In this document: positions 1-7,591 of the stretch, piece by piece
Layout of the letters: each line of letters opens with the position of its first letter
Numbering within the stretch: the stretch's first letter is position 1
Virus genome (UHGV): UHGV-0160852
Origin: a virus
Strand: one strand, 5' to 3'
Length of the DNA: 16,276 bases
Notes under the pieces: model-generated
Told to the model about the DNA's origin: nothing
The model's input: only the letters and a program-made list of their open reading frames with translations
Databases searched by the model: none
Translations under genes and position numbers: made by a program

Positions 1-835
1 AAAACTGAACAGGCTTATGAGTCCAGACGTCGGTATATGGCACTGTGACCGATACGCTGAATGGTCGCCGTAAACGGTAATACTCCTGCTGGAGTTCAGA
101 ATATTTTCTGCTCAACGATTGCCAGGTAGCGACAAGCTGGTGGTGAGGTTTTCCCAGTTCGTTGCGTGAGTGCTTATCCATGGCGATTTTTTGAAACAGA
201 GCCTGCAACTTCAAATAATCGGCTTCATTCGGCAGTTGCCACTGGCTAAGGCCAAACCAGTGGGAAACCATATTTTTTTTACCCGTGGCTTCTGCAATCT
301 GGGCCGACGTCACGCCAAGAGATTCCCGGGCATCCCGGAAGTAAGAAATTAAAGGCGTCATGACGTGTTGCTTTAACTCATTACACTTTGCGGCATATCC
401 ATCGTCTTTGGGCCTGTATGGCCCCTGATAATGGTCGGCAAAAATGATACGCTCAGTGGCCGGGAAATAAGCGCGTAAGCTCTCCTTATTGCAGCCGTTC
501 CATCGCCCTGATGGCTTAGCCCAGATGATATGGTTGAGCAGGTTAAACCGCTCTCTCACCAACAGCTCAATATCCGCTGCCAGGCGGTGCCCACAGAACA
601 GATACATGCTGCCGGCAGGTTTTAACACTCGCCAGAACTGTGCCAGACAGCTATCCAGCCAACGTAAATAGTCCTCGTCCCCCTTCCATTGGTTATCCCA
701 GCCGTTTGGCTTCACCTTAAAATAAGGCGGATCGGTAACAATAAGATCAATGGAGTTATCGGGTAGCGATGGGAGGTATTGCAGGCAATCAGCATTGATT
801 AATTCAATACTGGATATTTTTACAGTATTTTTCAT
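1..835 (-). CDS. DNA N6-adenine methyltransferase (DPPY motif), 3' end truncated by window edge
   Basis: Minus-strand ORF open from ATG (complement of 833-835) to window start; translation begins MKNTVKISSIELINADCLQYLPSLPDNSIDLIVTDPPYF, i.e. the DPPY catalytic motif of N6A/N4C methyltransferases in the position typical of phage Dam-like enzymes. Not in the ORF track because it has no in-window stop. Confidence 0.85.
   Translation of the reverse strand, partial: MKNTVKISSIELINADCLQYLPSLPDNSIDLIVTDPPYFKVKPNGWDNQWKGDEDYLRWLDSCLAQFWRVLKPAGSMYLFCGHRLAADIELLVRERFNLLNHIIWAKPSGRWNGCNKESLRAYFPATERIIFADHYQGPYRPKDDGYAAKCNELKQHVMTPLISYFRDARESLGVTSAQIAEATGKKNMVSHWFGLSQWQLPNEADYLKLQALFQKIAMDKHSRNELGKPHHQLVATWQSLSRKYSELQQEYYRLRRPFSVSVTVPYTDVWTHKPVQF
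808..827. promoter_or_regulatory. LexA-box-like near-palindrome TACTGGATATTTTTACAGTA
   Basis: Matches the enterobacterial SOS box pattern CTG-N10-CAG with AT-rich spacer (consensus TACTGTATATATATACAGTA); lies over codons 3-9 of the methyltransferase gene. Single site, could be chance. Confidence 0.3.
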
Positions 836-975
836 AGATCAGTAAGCGTAACTCTGATAGGCTCACTTTGCTTTTGCGCTAAAGCAGTGGGCCGTGGTTA
901 GCTTGTGACCTGAAAGCATGAGCTGATGGCTGGTCGGGTGCTACAACACCCACCAGCCGCCCATTTTCACAGCAA

Positions 976-995
976 AAGCCCCCATTACTGGGGGC
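976..995 (-). terminator. GC-rich hairpin (GCCCCCA/TGGGGGC) followed by T-run on minus strand
   Basis: Perfect 7-bp stem with 4-nt loop at 978-995; minus-strand reading continues TTTTGCTG. Overlaps the stop codon of the 985..1176 ORF. Confidence 0.4.
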
Positions 996-1176
996 GCTTA
1001 TAACATCCGAACTGATAATCAGATAACCCCGCCATTACCAGCTGCGTAAGTATGAGCTGGCAGCGTTCGCGGCTCAGGTGAGTATTCTGAGCAATCTCCC
1101 CAGCCGTAGCCGGTTTGTCACTTAACTCATCAAAAACAGCCTTGGCTGTTTCCGTCATATTTTGCTGATTTAGCAT
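985..1176 (-). CDS. small hypothetical protein (63 aa), possible winged-helix-like
   Basis: ORF track 985..1236; start trimmed to the ATG at 1176 (MLNQQNMTETAK...), which has GAGG 7 nt upstream. No recognisable family. Confidence 0.5.
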   Translation of the reverse strand: MLNQQNMTETAKAVFDELSDKPATAGEIAQNTHLSRERCQLILTQLVMAGLSDYQFGCYKRPQ

Positions 1177-1278
1177 GTCTTTTACCTCAAATAAGTGGTG
1201 TGACATACAGATAACTCTGGTGACGGTATCCAGCAAGAACTAATTGAAAGAGAAGAAGATTTTATCGATTTTAGCCCA

Positions 1279-1304
1279 TAAAAAAACCCGCTCGCTGGCG
1301 GGTT
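1279..1304 (-). terminator. rho-independent terminator (tR'-like) downstream of Q
   Basis: Minus-strand stem AACCCGC / GCGGGTT with 6-nt loop followed by a run of 7-8 T; located about 85 bp downstream of the Q stop codon. Confidence 0.7.
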
Positions 1305-1342
1305 AATCAACGTTGAACATACAAAGCCCATCGTTATAGATA

Positions 1343-1370
1343 AAATTACACAAAAACGGCAACTTTGCAA
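1343..1370 (-). promoter_or_regulatory. candidate late promoter (PR'-like): -35 TTGCAA, 16-bp spacer, -10 TAATTT
   Basis: Hexamers read on the minus strand between the Q stop (1387) and the terminator at 1279-1304; arrangement mirrors lambda Q-PR'-6S-tR'. Predicted transcript to the terminator is roughly 65-70 nt. Confidence 0.45.
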
Positions 1371-1386
1371 GTAACGTGTCGCTAAA

Positions 1387-2217
1387 TTATGCGATATTTA
1401 TCAAATCAGACACATTTGTCACACGTTTAAGCTGTGAGTCGGTATAACTCTCTTCCTCAAAGCATTTTGTAACAAGACTTTCATAGAAAGGTTTCCAGCT
1501 GTATCGCCAGGTTCGTTCTGGCAGACCAGGCAGCTCAGAGAGCATACCCCTGTAAGCATTTGAAGACTTAGGACGACTATAACCGCGGCCTTCACAACGT
1601 TTACATACTTTGTAGACAGGCACTCCCTGCAGCTCTGACTCTTTACGGTCCAGGGTTTTTCCCGTACCACCACACTGGCATCGCTTGCTGATTTTCCCGG
1701 TGCCGCCGCATTTGAAGCAGAGAACATGGTCAATCTCTTCCACCTGACGTTTCACTTCAAAATCCGAAGGTGACTGCCCGAGGTCTTTTGCCCATTGCGG
1801 TAATCTCATTTTGTAGTGGCTTTTTTCCACCATTGAGGTGTTTTTTATGAAGCCGGAACCAGAACACTTCCTGCAATCTACGCTGTCAGCTGCAGACGAG
1901 GCATAGTCGTTATAAGCGAACCGAGCTATTATCAGCATACACAGCGGGAACTTCTTCCCTGCTGCTTTTCTTATCGATCGAGGCGCTTTTGATTTTGCAT
2001 ATTCAGCCAACCAACTGACGGATGCCTTTCTGTCGTGTTCGCTGATTCCAGCTTTACCCAAAAACATTGACAGGCCTATTCCTGCCTCTGCCTGTGTCAT
2101 CCCCAATGCGGCCATTACATCTGTCACAGTGAGTTGCTCGCTGGCGGTTGCACGACCGCTATCGGAAATATGCATTCCTTTGGGCGCGAAAAATTTGGGA
2201 ATTGATTCTATATTCAT
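1387..2217 (-). CDS. Q: late-gene antitermination protein Q (lambda Q family) with an internal Cys-rich insertion
   Basis: N-terminus MNIESIPKFFAPKGMHISDSGRATASEQLTVTDVMAALGMTQAEAGIG and C-terminus CKRCEGRGYSRPKSSNAYRGMLSELPGLPERTWRYSWKPFYESLVTKCFEEES closely parallel lambda Q as I recall it (MRLESVAKFHSPKSPMMSDSPRATASDSLSGTDVMAAMGMAQSQAGFG ... GRCKGVGYSRMPASAAYRAV...). Start set at the ATG at 2217 (GGAG 8 nt upstream); the track start at 2235 is GTG. Confidence 0.9.
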   Translation of the reverse strand: MNIESIPKFFAPKGMHISDSGRATASEQLTVTDVMAALGMTQAEAGIGLSMFLGKAGISEHDRKASVSWLAEYAKSKAPRSIRKAAGKKFPLCMLIIARFAYNDYASSAADSVDCRKCSGSGFIKNTSMVEKSHYKMRLPQWAKDLGQSPSDFEVKRQVEEIDHVLCFKCGGTGKISKRCQCGGTGKTLDRKESELQGVPVYKVCKRCEGRGYSRPKSSNAYRGMLSELPGLPERTWRYSWKPFYESLVTKCFEEESYTDSQLKRVTNVSDLINIA

Positions 2218-2235
2218 GCTCAGTACTCCATACAC

Positions 2236-3291
2236 TCAAGCTTTTACAATGACGCCGATACCCATTACCCGATCCAGAAAACGAGCCCACAGCTCTAACT
2301 GAGTGCCATATTTCTTTTCGAACGCTGATGTATTGGCGTGTAATTCATCGTGATGCACTCTGCACAGTGGTATCACGAAGAGATCATGGGCCTTGGTGCC
2401 AGTTCCCCCCAGACCATTCCCTATTATATGGTGTGGATCGTCTGATGGTTGCCTACAGCATTCACATGGCTGAGTTTTAACCCAACGTGTGTAAACTTCG
2501 CAGGTCCAGCGCCGGCGCTTCGGGCGGCGCATAAATGATTCGGGGCTGTTCGGATCGACACTAAGCCTCAGAATGGGTTTACTTTCAATCTGAGGTTGCT
2601 CAATGAGTACGCTGGCGTCCGCCAGGTCTATGCCCTCAACAAGATCCTGAAGGATTTCACCTGCAGCAAATGACGGGACAATATCGCTATCCTTATAAAC
2701 GGACAGGAAAGGTTCCTCAGGCAGTCTTAAGGCCTGTTGCGCCATCGTCTCGGTTATTGCGTCAGCAATGCCGGATTTCACAGCCCACCAGCAGAGCTCC
2801 GCCATCGATAATTCTCGCTCCTTATTGTATCCAAGGCTGATCAGCACCCTTTCAATCACCCACTGAACCAGATTCTGATAAGCCAGCTCTGACAACATTT
2901 CGGTGGTCTGCTCACGTAATTCATTATCACAATGCCAGCAGACAACCATGGCGCCAGGCGGATGCCGCATAGTCACTAATTCATGGTGGTGATAGTGGGA
3001 ATGCGGGTACTGGCACTCTCTGACATGTCGTAGAAGCCAGGCCTCAAGAGCGTTAATTCCACCAGCTGCGTTAATAACCCTCTCATCCCTCATGAAAAAA
3101 CGCAGAATGTCCATTTCTGCAAGGGGCTGACGTGCATCGGCGATCCGCCCAGTGGGCAGTGTTTTCATCTTCTCTGGCTGACGTTCTATCAGGACACGGC
3201 CGCCGGTAAAGAGAGACATCAATTCGCGGCCTGGTTTGAAAAGAACAACGCCCAGGCGCGGCACAATTTCCGGAGTAAGCAATGCTCGCAC
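2236..3291 (-). CDS. DUF968 / YdfU-like phage protein with C-terminal Cys/His (HNH-like) cluster
   Basis: 351-aa ORF immediately upstream of Q, the position of ydfU-type genes in lambdoid prophages; C-terminal CECCRQPSDDPHHI...LCRVHHDELH resembles a zinc-stabilised HNH-like motif. GTG start at 3291 preceded by GGGGGG; an alternative ATG lies at 3219. Confidence 0.75.
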   Translation of the reverse strand: MRALLTPEIVPRLGVVLFKPGRELMSLFTGGRVLIERQPEKMKTLPTGRIADARQPLAEMDILRFFMRDERVINAAGGINALEAWLLRHVRECQYPHSHYHHHELVTMRHPPGAMVVCWHCDNELREQTTEMLSELAYQNLVQWVIERVLISLGYNKERELSMAELCWWAVKSGIADAITETMAQQALRLPEEPFLSVYKDSDIVPSFAAGEILQDLVEGIDLADASVLIEQPQIESKPILRLSVDPNSPESFMRRPKRRRWTCEVYTRWVKTQPCECCRQPSDDPHHIIGNGLGGTGTKAHDLFVIPLCRVHHDELHANTSAFEKKYGTQLELWARFLDRVMGIGVIVKA

Positions 3292-3299
3292 AATCCCCC

Positions 3300-3824
3300 C
3301 TAAACAGTCAGATCTTTAAGCTTCTGCACGGCTTTACCAACTTCAGCCATAGCATCTACGAACTCGTCAAACTTCCTGCTGGCCATTCCATATGCCTGGA
3401 GAATCTCCAACTTCAAGGGATCGAGCTGTTTCTTAATTTCTGCACGATCCCCGGCTTTTTTCTCCGCTTCCTCTGCCGCTTTGATCAAGGCGTCAGCCTG
3501 TTTACGTAATGCTTCCGGAGTTACTTCGAGTTGTTTATTCATTTTGCATTCCATCGTCGGCTGAGGAGGTGTCATTACAGGCGCCACAGATTTGTGACCA
3601 TATTTCGGGTGGTGCAAGGTAGTAGACCTTCCATCATCTATCACGCAGAGCATCCCGCTTTCCCGGATTATTTCGATCAGGGTCTCTTTTTCTTTGCGAT
3701 TGAGCCCACTGTATGCCGCCACTTTGTGCGTCAGGTGGGTTAGCGTTGCGCCTTCTGGTTGCCTCTCTACAAAACGCTTTACCCTGGAAAGCACTGGTTG
3801 CAGGTGTGGGGGAGTCATTCTCAT
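3300..3824 (-). CDS. hypothetical nin-region protein (N-terminal winged-helix-like segment, C-terminal predicted coiled coil)
   Basis: ORF track 3300..3830; start placed at the ATG at 3824 with AAGGGG 5 nt upstream. Contains a duplicated MTPP(H/Q)..QP motif. No family assignment. Confidence 0.65.
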   Translation of the reverse strand: MRMTPPHLQPVLSRVKRFVERQPEGATLTHLTHKVAAYSGLNRKEKETLIEIIRESGMLCVIDDGRSTTLHHPKYGHKSVAPVMTPPQPTMECKMNKQLEVTPEALRKQADALIKAAEEAEKKAGDRAEIKKQLDPLKLEILQAYGMASRKFDEFVDAMAEVGKAVQKLKDLTV

Positions 3825-3833
3825 GTTCACCCC

Positions 3834-4664
3834 TTACTGCGTGACAACGCCAATGAGCTTTAAAAGCTCAGGAAATTTCGATTCGAAGAAGTGCGGTTGC
3901 GTCTCACGTGGATTTGCCGGGCTGGTGATGTTTTTACCGTACAGACAACCTTTTGCCGTAACAGACCAGAATCTTTTCACGCCATTGATACCCGTTCGGC
4001 TGCGGCGCTCCTTCTGCTCGACTATGCCGTGACCAGCCATAAGGTGATAAGCCTGGTTCGCGGTCATTCTGATGTTGTTAGCTTTAAGCAAAGCGCTAAG
4101 AGACAGCGTTGGTCTGCTGGAACCATCCTGCGCGCCAGCTGGTGCATCAATGGCATATGAAGGCATTAAATCAGGCAGCCCTGCTACCTGCTGAAGCTTC
4201 TGATATGCTCCGAGCTTTGACGAATTAGAGAGATTGAGCATTTTGGCTGCAGATTCCAGGAGGATTATGCCAGCCTGAATGCGATCGGTATTGACGGTTG
4301 CAGCCCCAGCAGTGTGGAGCGCGTCAAACGTTCTGATGACCTTCAGATTAAAAACAGCGCTGATCCACATCGCGTAGGCATACACCAACTCACGGCAAAC
4401 ATAGGTACCTTGCTCATTTCCGCCGCGGATGACACTTACAGGTTCTGAAATATCCGAGTTGCTATTTTGCAACTCGCCTATCAATTGCGCAGTTTGTTCG
4501 TTACGTAGCCAGAATGCAGGCTTATGGCGGTCAAGGGAGCCGGAAGCACGATGGAGATCGTTTAGGCAATAACGACCAAGGACATCACGACGAACAGAAA
4601 TACCATCAATAACAAAAAAAGTGTGATTATTGGATGCAGCAGCACCCATGACGTGGTTAGTCAT
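3834..4664 (-). CDS. KilA-N domain protein (antirepressor-like)
   Basis: N-terminal FFVIDGISVRRDVLGRYCLNDLHRASG...KPAFWLRNEQTAQLI...GTYVCRELVYAYAMWISAVFNLKV fits the KilA-N/APSES fold signature. Start placed at the ATG at 4664 with GGAG 6 nt upstream. Confidence 0.8.
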   Translation of the reverse strand: MTNHVMGAAASNNHTFFVIDGISVRRDVLGRYCLNDLHRASGSLDRHKPAFWLRNEQTAQLIGELQNSNSDISEPVSVIRGGNEQGTYVCRELVYAYAMWISAVFNLKVIRTFDALHTAGAATVNTDRIQAGIILLESAAKMLNLSNSSKLGAYQKLQQVAGLPDLMPSYAIDAPAGAQDGSSRPTLSLSALLKANNIRMTANQAYHLMAGHGIVEQKERRSRTGINGVKRFWSVTAKGCLYGKNITSPANPRETQPHFFESKFPELLKLIGVVTQ

Positions 4665-4752
4665 AGCTTTCTCCATACATTTTTATGTGACGAAGGGCCT
4701 GCACGCCCGTTTCGTTTGCACTCTTTGACATTACTGCCATATCGGCGAACTT

Positions 4753-5151
4753 TCAACCCACAGCTGTACATGTATCCACCACTTTTTGATAGCAGACTAT
4801 GGTGATTTCTACCCTGCCTCCTTTGACGATTTCACCCCATTCAATAGCCATACGCTTAACCTGGTTGTCGTCCTCCCAGATACCGGCATAAGTCAAAGCA
4901 TCAAGAAGTGCCTTGTTGTAATTGTCCAGGTCACGCCGGCGATAGTCTGGCGGATAGAGAATAATTTCTACCGCTGCTGGCGCAGTAGATGGTTTTGGTA
5001 TTGCACGCAGTTGCTCAATGATCGCTGACCGTACTGCATGTTTGAATTTACGGCCGGCTGCGCTGACAAGATGTTTACCTTTTGCGGGCCCCTTATTTGG
5101 GGACCGCCAGTAGGTGTTCACGCTGGGTGGGAATGGAAGAATAAATTTCAT
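4753..5151 (-). CDS. rusA: crossover junction endodeoxyribonuclease RusA (Holliday junction resolvase)
   Basis: MKFILPFPPSVNTYWR... and PPDYRRRDLDNYNKALLDALTYAGIWEDDNQV match the RusA family hallmark (RRRDLDN catalytic region); 4-bp ATGA overlap with the upstream gene. Confidence 0.93.
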   Translation of the reverse strand: MKFILPFPPSVNTYWRSPNKGPAKGKHLVSAAGRKFKHAVRSAIIEQLRAIPKPSTAPAAVEIILYPPDYRRRDLDNYNKALLDALTYAGIWEDDNQVKRMAIEWGEIVKGGRVEITIVCYQKVVDTCTAVG

Positions 5152-5624
5152 TCTGCCTCCAGCACTATTTTCAACTCAAACGGAACATCTCCTCCGCAAT
5201 AGCAGAGCGGGCCAAGGTCAGACATGAGGCTCCACAGGGTCATTGACGTATAGCCATTTTCGTCTGTTACCGGGGGCGAAAAGTCCCCGAAGATCCCCGG
5301 GTGCTGGATTCGATTCTGCTCGTGTTGTTTTTCCAAATGTCTGAGGGAAACTTCATTAAGTTTCACTTTTACGATGCTGTTGAGATTGACCGATATTTCT
5401 CTGGCCAACAGCGAAGGGGTGATACTGATACCGCGAGAAACCCCGCGGGTGATTGTGATAACACCCTTTTTCTCCAACGCCTTGAGGTGCGTTGCTGCTG
5501 CATTGGGGGACCGGCACCCCAGCATGCCGGTCAGTTCGTAAGTTGTAGGCGGAAAACCATGTATACGCTGATATTCGATCAGGAGGTCCAGTACCTCCTG
5601 CTGCCTTAAGGTCAAGGAAGTCAT
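5148..5624 (-). CDS. LexA N-terminal DNA-binding-domain homolog lacking the S24 peptidase domain
   Basis: MTSLTLRQQEVLDLLIEYQRIHGFPPTTYELTGMLGCRSPNAAATHLKALEKKGVITITRGVSRGI parallels E. coli LexA residues 1-70 ([66 protein letters not shown]); the C-terminal ~85 aa has no Ser/Lys peptidase signature. Start at the ATG at 5624 (GAGGAG upstream, ATGA overlap with the MTase stop); alternative ATG at 5651. Confidence 0.8.
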   Translation of the reverse strand: MTSLTLRQQEVLDLLIEYQRIHGFPPTTYELTGMLGCRSPNAAATHLKALEKKGVITITRGVSRGISITPSLLAREISVNLNSIVKVKLNEVSLRHLEKQHEQNRIQHPGIFGDFSPPVTDENGYTSMTLWSLMSDLGPLCYCGGDVPFELKIVLEAE

Positions 5625-7591
5625 GCTGCCTGCTCCTCTCTGTTCACGCACATTTCGGGTAAGTTGGCGCGAACCAGCGCTTCGGCGAACGGCGGCGGGA
5701 CGGCATTGCCACAGCGCGCAACCTGCTTATCTTTCGCGTATTTCACGCCGCGGTAATCCTGGTCAATGATGTACCACTCGGGGAAGCCCTGCGCCCGGTA
5801 AAGTTCGTGTGGCTGCAGCATGCGCATGCCGATATCAACGATGCGGTAAGTCACTCCGCCGATTTCCACCAGACCGGTGCATTCCTCTCCGCAGTATTCC
5901 TGCAGGAACGACAGCACCTGCTGCGCTCGCTCTTCGTCATAGTCCTCGACTGCCAGAGTCGTTTTAACCTCGCCTACGTGCTGGCCACCAGCAGTGATAG
6001 TCGGCATCGGCTCGTCAGTGCGCTGGCCATCGCGGCATGTACCACGGAGCTTGATCAGATGAGACGTAACCATTGCGGCATCAGCCTTTGTCGTCATGGT
6101 TTGCAATGGCTCGCTAACGTCACGTGGCCTGCTCTGCCCAGCGCGACCGCCAACACCAACAATCTGAGCAGTAACCAGCGCATGATGATCGACGGTAGTA
6201 ACTGAATGAGCTGGTTCATCCAAGTCAATACCGGCGCCCTGATAATTCCCGCCATAGTGTTTCGCCAGGAATGCGGATACCAGTTGCGATTTACCGCCGC
6301 CGCCCGCGGTGATTGTTGCGCTAGGTTCATCCGCCCGGTGTCCGATGCTTGCGCCGAACTGCCGGGCGATAACCGGAGCGACGACACAGGCGCGCGATTC
6401 TTTCAGGATGGTGTGAGCGGGTTTATCGAGAGGGCGTGGTTTAGCCTGGTACTCGCTGCCGCCATTGCCAGCCAGGAACGGCGCCAGCTCTGCTTCAACA
6501 ATACCCAGAGCGTGACCATTCCCGCCCGGGCGTTTTGCGGTACCGGCCGTCACCGTCGGCAACGGATCGGTGACTTCCTGCCCGGTAGCTCCGGTTCGGA
6601 ATTTTGTCAGATGAGGTACCGCAATTGCGTAGCCGTGGGTTTTCGTAATCGTCTGTAGCGGATCGTCCAGCGCCTGTCCCCGGAAACAGTCGTAATTGCC
6701 ACGTGTCGTTGTGTGATTGCACTTCACAATGAATGGCGAAGCACTTTCGATAACAAAGCGCTGAATGCCGCGGGCAATCCGTTTTAGCGTATTCTCAGCC
6801 AGTGACTTTTTGCGACCGAAGATGCTCGGCGCGGGGATTGACCAGTCTATGCATTCCGCAGCTGTACGCCACGGCTCAAGCTGGCCCGCCAGCACGGCGG
6901 CAGACTTCGGATCCCCGTGCGTGGCTTCCGGCCAGACTATCGGTTTCCCGTCCCGGCGCATCACCATGAAGAACCGCTTACGGATGGTCGGCGCGCCATA
7001 ATCGCAGGCGCGCAGCTCGCGAAAATCGACGACATAACCCAGCCCGGCAATTAAGCGCTGGGCCTGCTCGCTATCCGGTGAAAACTCCAGAAACTCGCAA
7101 CACTCCACCAGTGCAGGATGATCTGCTGGAATACCGGTGGTAAGCATCCCGACAAATGCATTGAAAGTTTCACCGATGCGTGCCGGATCCGGGCGCATTT
7201 CTGCCGCGAGTAACGGGCCCCACGTTTTAAACTCTTCGACGTTTTCCAGCATCATGACTCGCGGGCCAACATCCAGCGCCCAACGAATGACGATCCATGC
7301 CAGCCCTCGAATAGCTTTCTCTACTGGTTTAGCACCTTTCGCTTTAGAAAAGTGACGACAGTCAGGCGAGAACCATGCCAGGCCGACAGGCTTGCCACTG
7401 GTAGCGGCTAATGGGGATACATCAAACACACTTTCGCAATAGTGAAGCGTGTCGGGATGGTTAGTGCGGTGCATAGCAACGGCGTTAACATCGTGGTTAA
7501 TAGCAATATCAACACTGCGCCCTATTGCCAGTTCAATACCTGTACTGGCGCCACCGCCGCCAGCGAAATTATCGACAATAATCTCACGCAT
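5621..7591 (-). CDS. DNA cytosine-5 methyltransferase with an unusually long, internally repetitive variable region
   Basis: Motif I FAGGGG, PC motif FSPDCRHFSKAKG, ENV motif MMLENVEEF, motif VIII-like TIRKRFFMV and C-terminal motif X CGNAVPPP. Between the catalytic halves about 350 aa carry seven repeats of (D/E)-x-P-x-x-T-[IVM]-T. Confidence 0.93.
   Translation of the reverse strand: MREIIVDNFAGGGGASTGIELAIGRSVDIAINHDVNAVAMHRTNHPDTLHYCESVFDVSPLAATSGKPVGLAWFSPDCRHFSKAKGAKPVEKAIRGLAWIVIRWALDVGPRVMMLENVEEFKTWGPLLAAEMRPDPARIGETFNAFVGMLTTGIPADHPALVECCEFLEFSPDSEQAQRLIAGLGYVVDFRELRACDYGAPTIRKRFFMVMRRDGKPIVWPEATHGDPKSAAVLAGQLEPWRTAAECIDWSIPAPSIFGRKKSLAENTLKRIARGIQRFVIESASPFIVKCNHTTTRGNYDCFRGQALDDPLQTITKTHGYAIAVPHLTKFRTGATGQEVTDPLPTVTAGTAKRPGGNGHALGIVEAELAPFLAGNGGSEYQAKPRPLDKPAHTILKESRACVVAPVIARQFGASIGHRADEPSATITAGGGGKSQLVSAFLAKHYGGNYQGAGIDLDEPAHSVTTVDHHALVTAQIVGVGGRAGQSRPRDVSEPLQTMTTKADAAMVTSHLIKLRGTCRDGQRTDEPMPTITAGGQHVGEVKTTLAVEDYDEERAQQVLSFLQEYCGEECTGLVEIGGVTYRIVDIGMRMLQPHELYRAQGFPEWYIIDQDYRGVKYAKDKQVARCGNAVPPPFAEALVRANLPEMCVNREEQAA

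Noticed and set aside
170-671. Plus-strand ORFs 170..352 and 489..671 (60 aa each)
   Set aside because: Both lie antisense inside the continuous minus-strand DPPY methyltransferase reading frame, whose translation has clear family motifs; the plus-strand translations are low-complexity.
1182-1370. Minus-strand ORF 1182..1370 (62 aa)
   Set aside because: It spans the predicted PR'-like promoter and the tR'-like terminator and overlaps the better-supported 985..1176 gene in another frame; the translation is Ser/Cys-rich and not protein-like.
1419-1733. Minus-strand ORF 1419..1733 (104 aa)
   Set aside because: Out-of-frame overlap with the Q gene, which is supported by strong similarity to lambda Q.
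3282-4160. Plus-strand ORFs 3282..3509, 3531..3743, 3694..4032 and 3891..4160
   Set aside because: All are antisense to well-supported minus-strand genes (the 174-aa protein and KilA-N) and have Arg/Cys/Phe-rich translations typical of the wrong strand.
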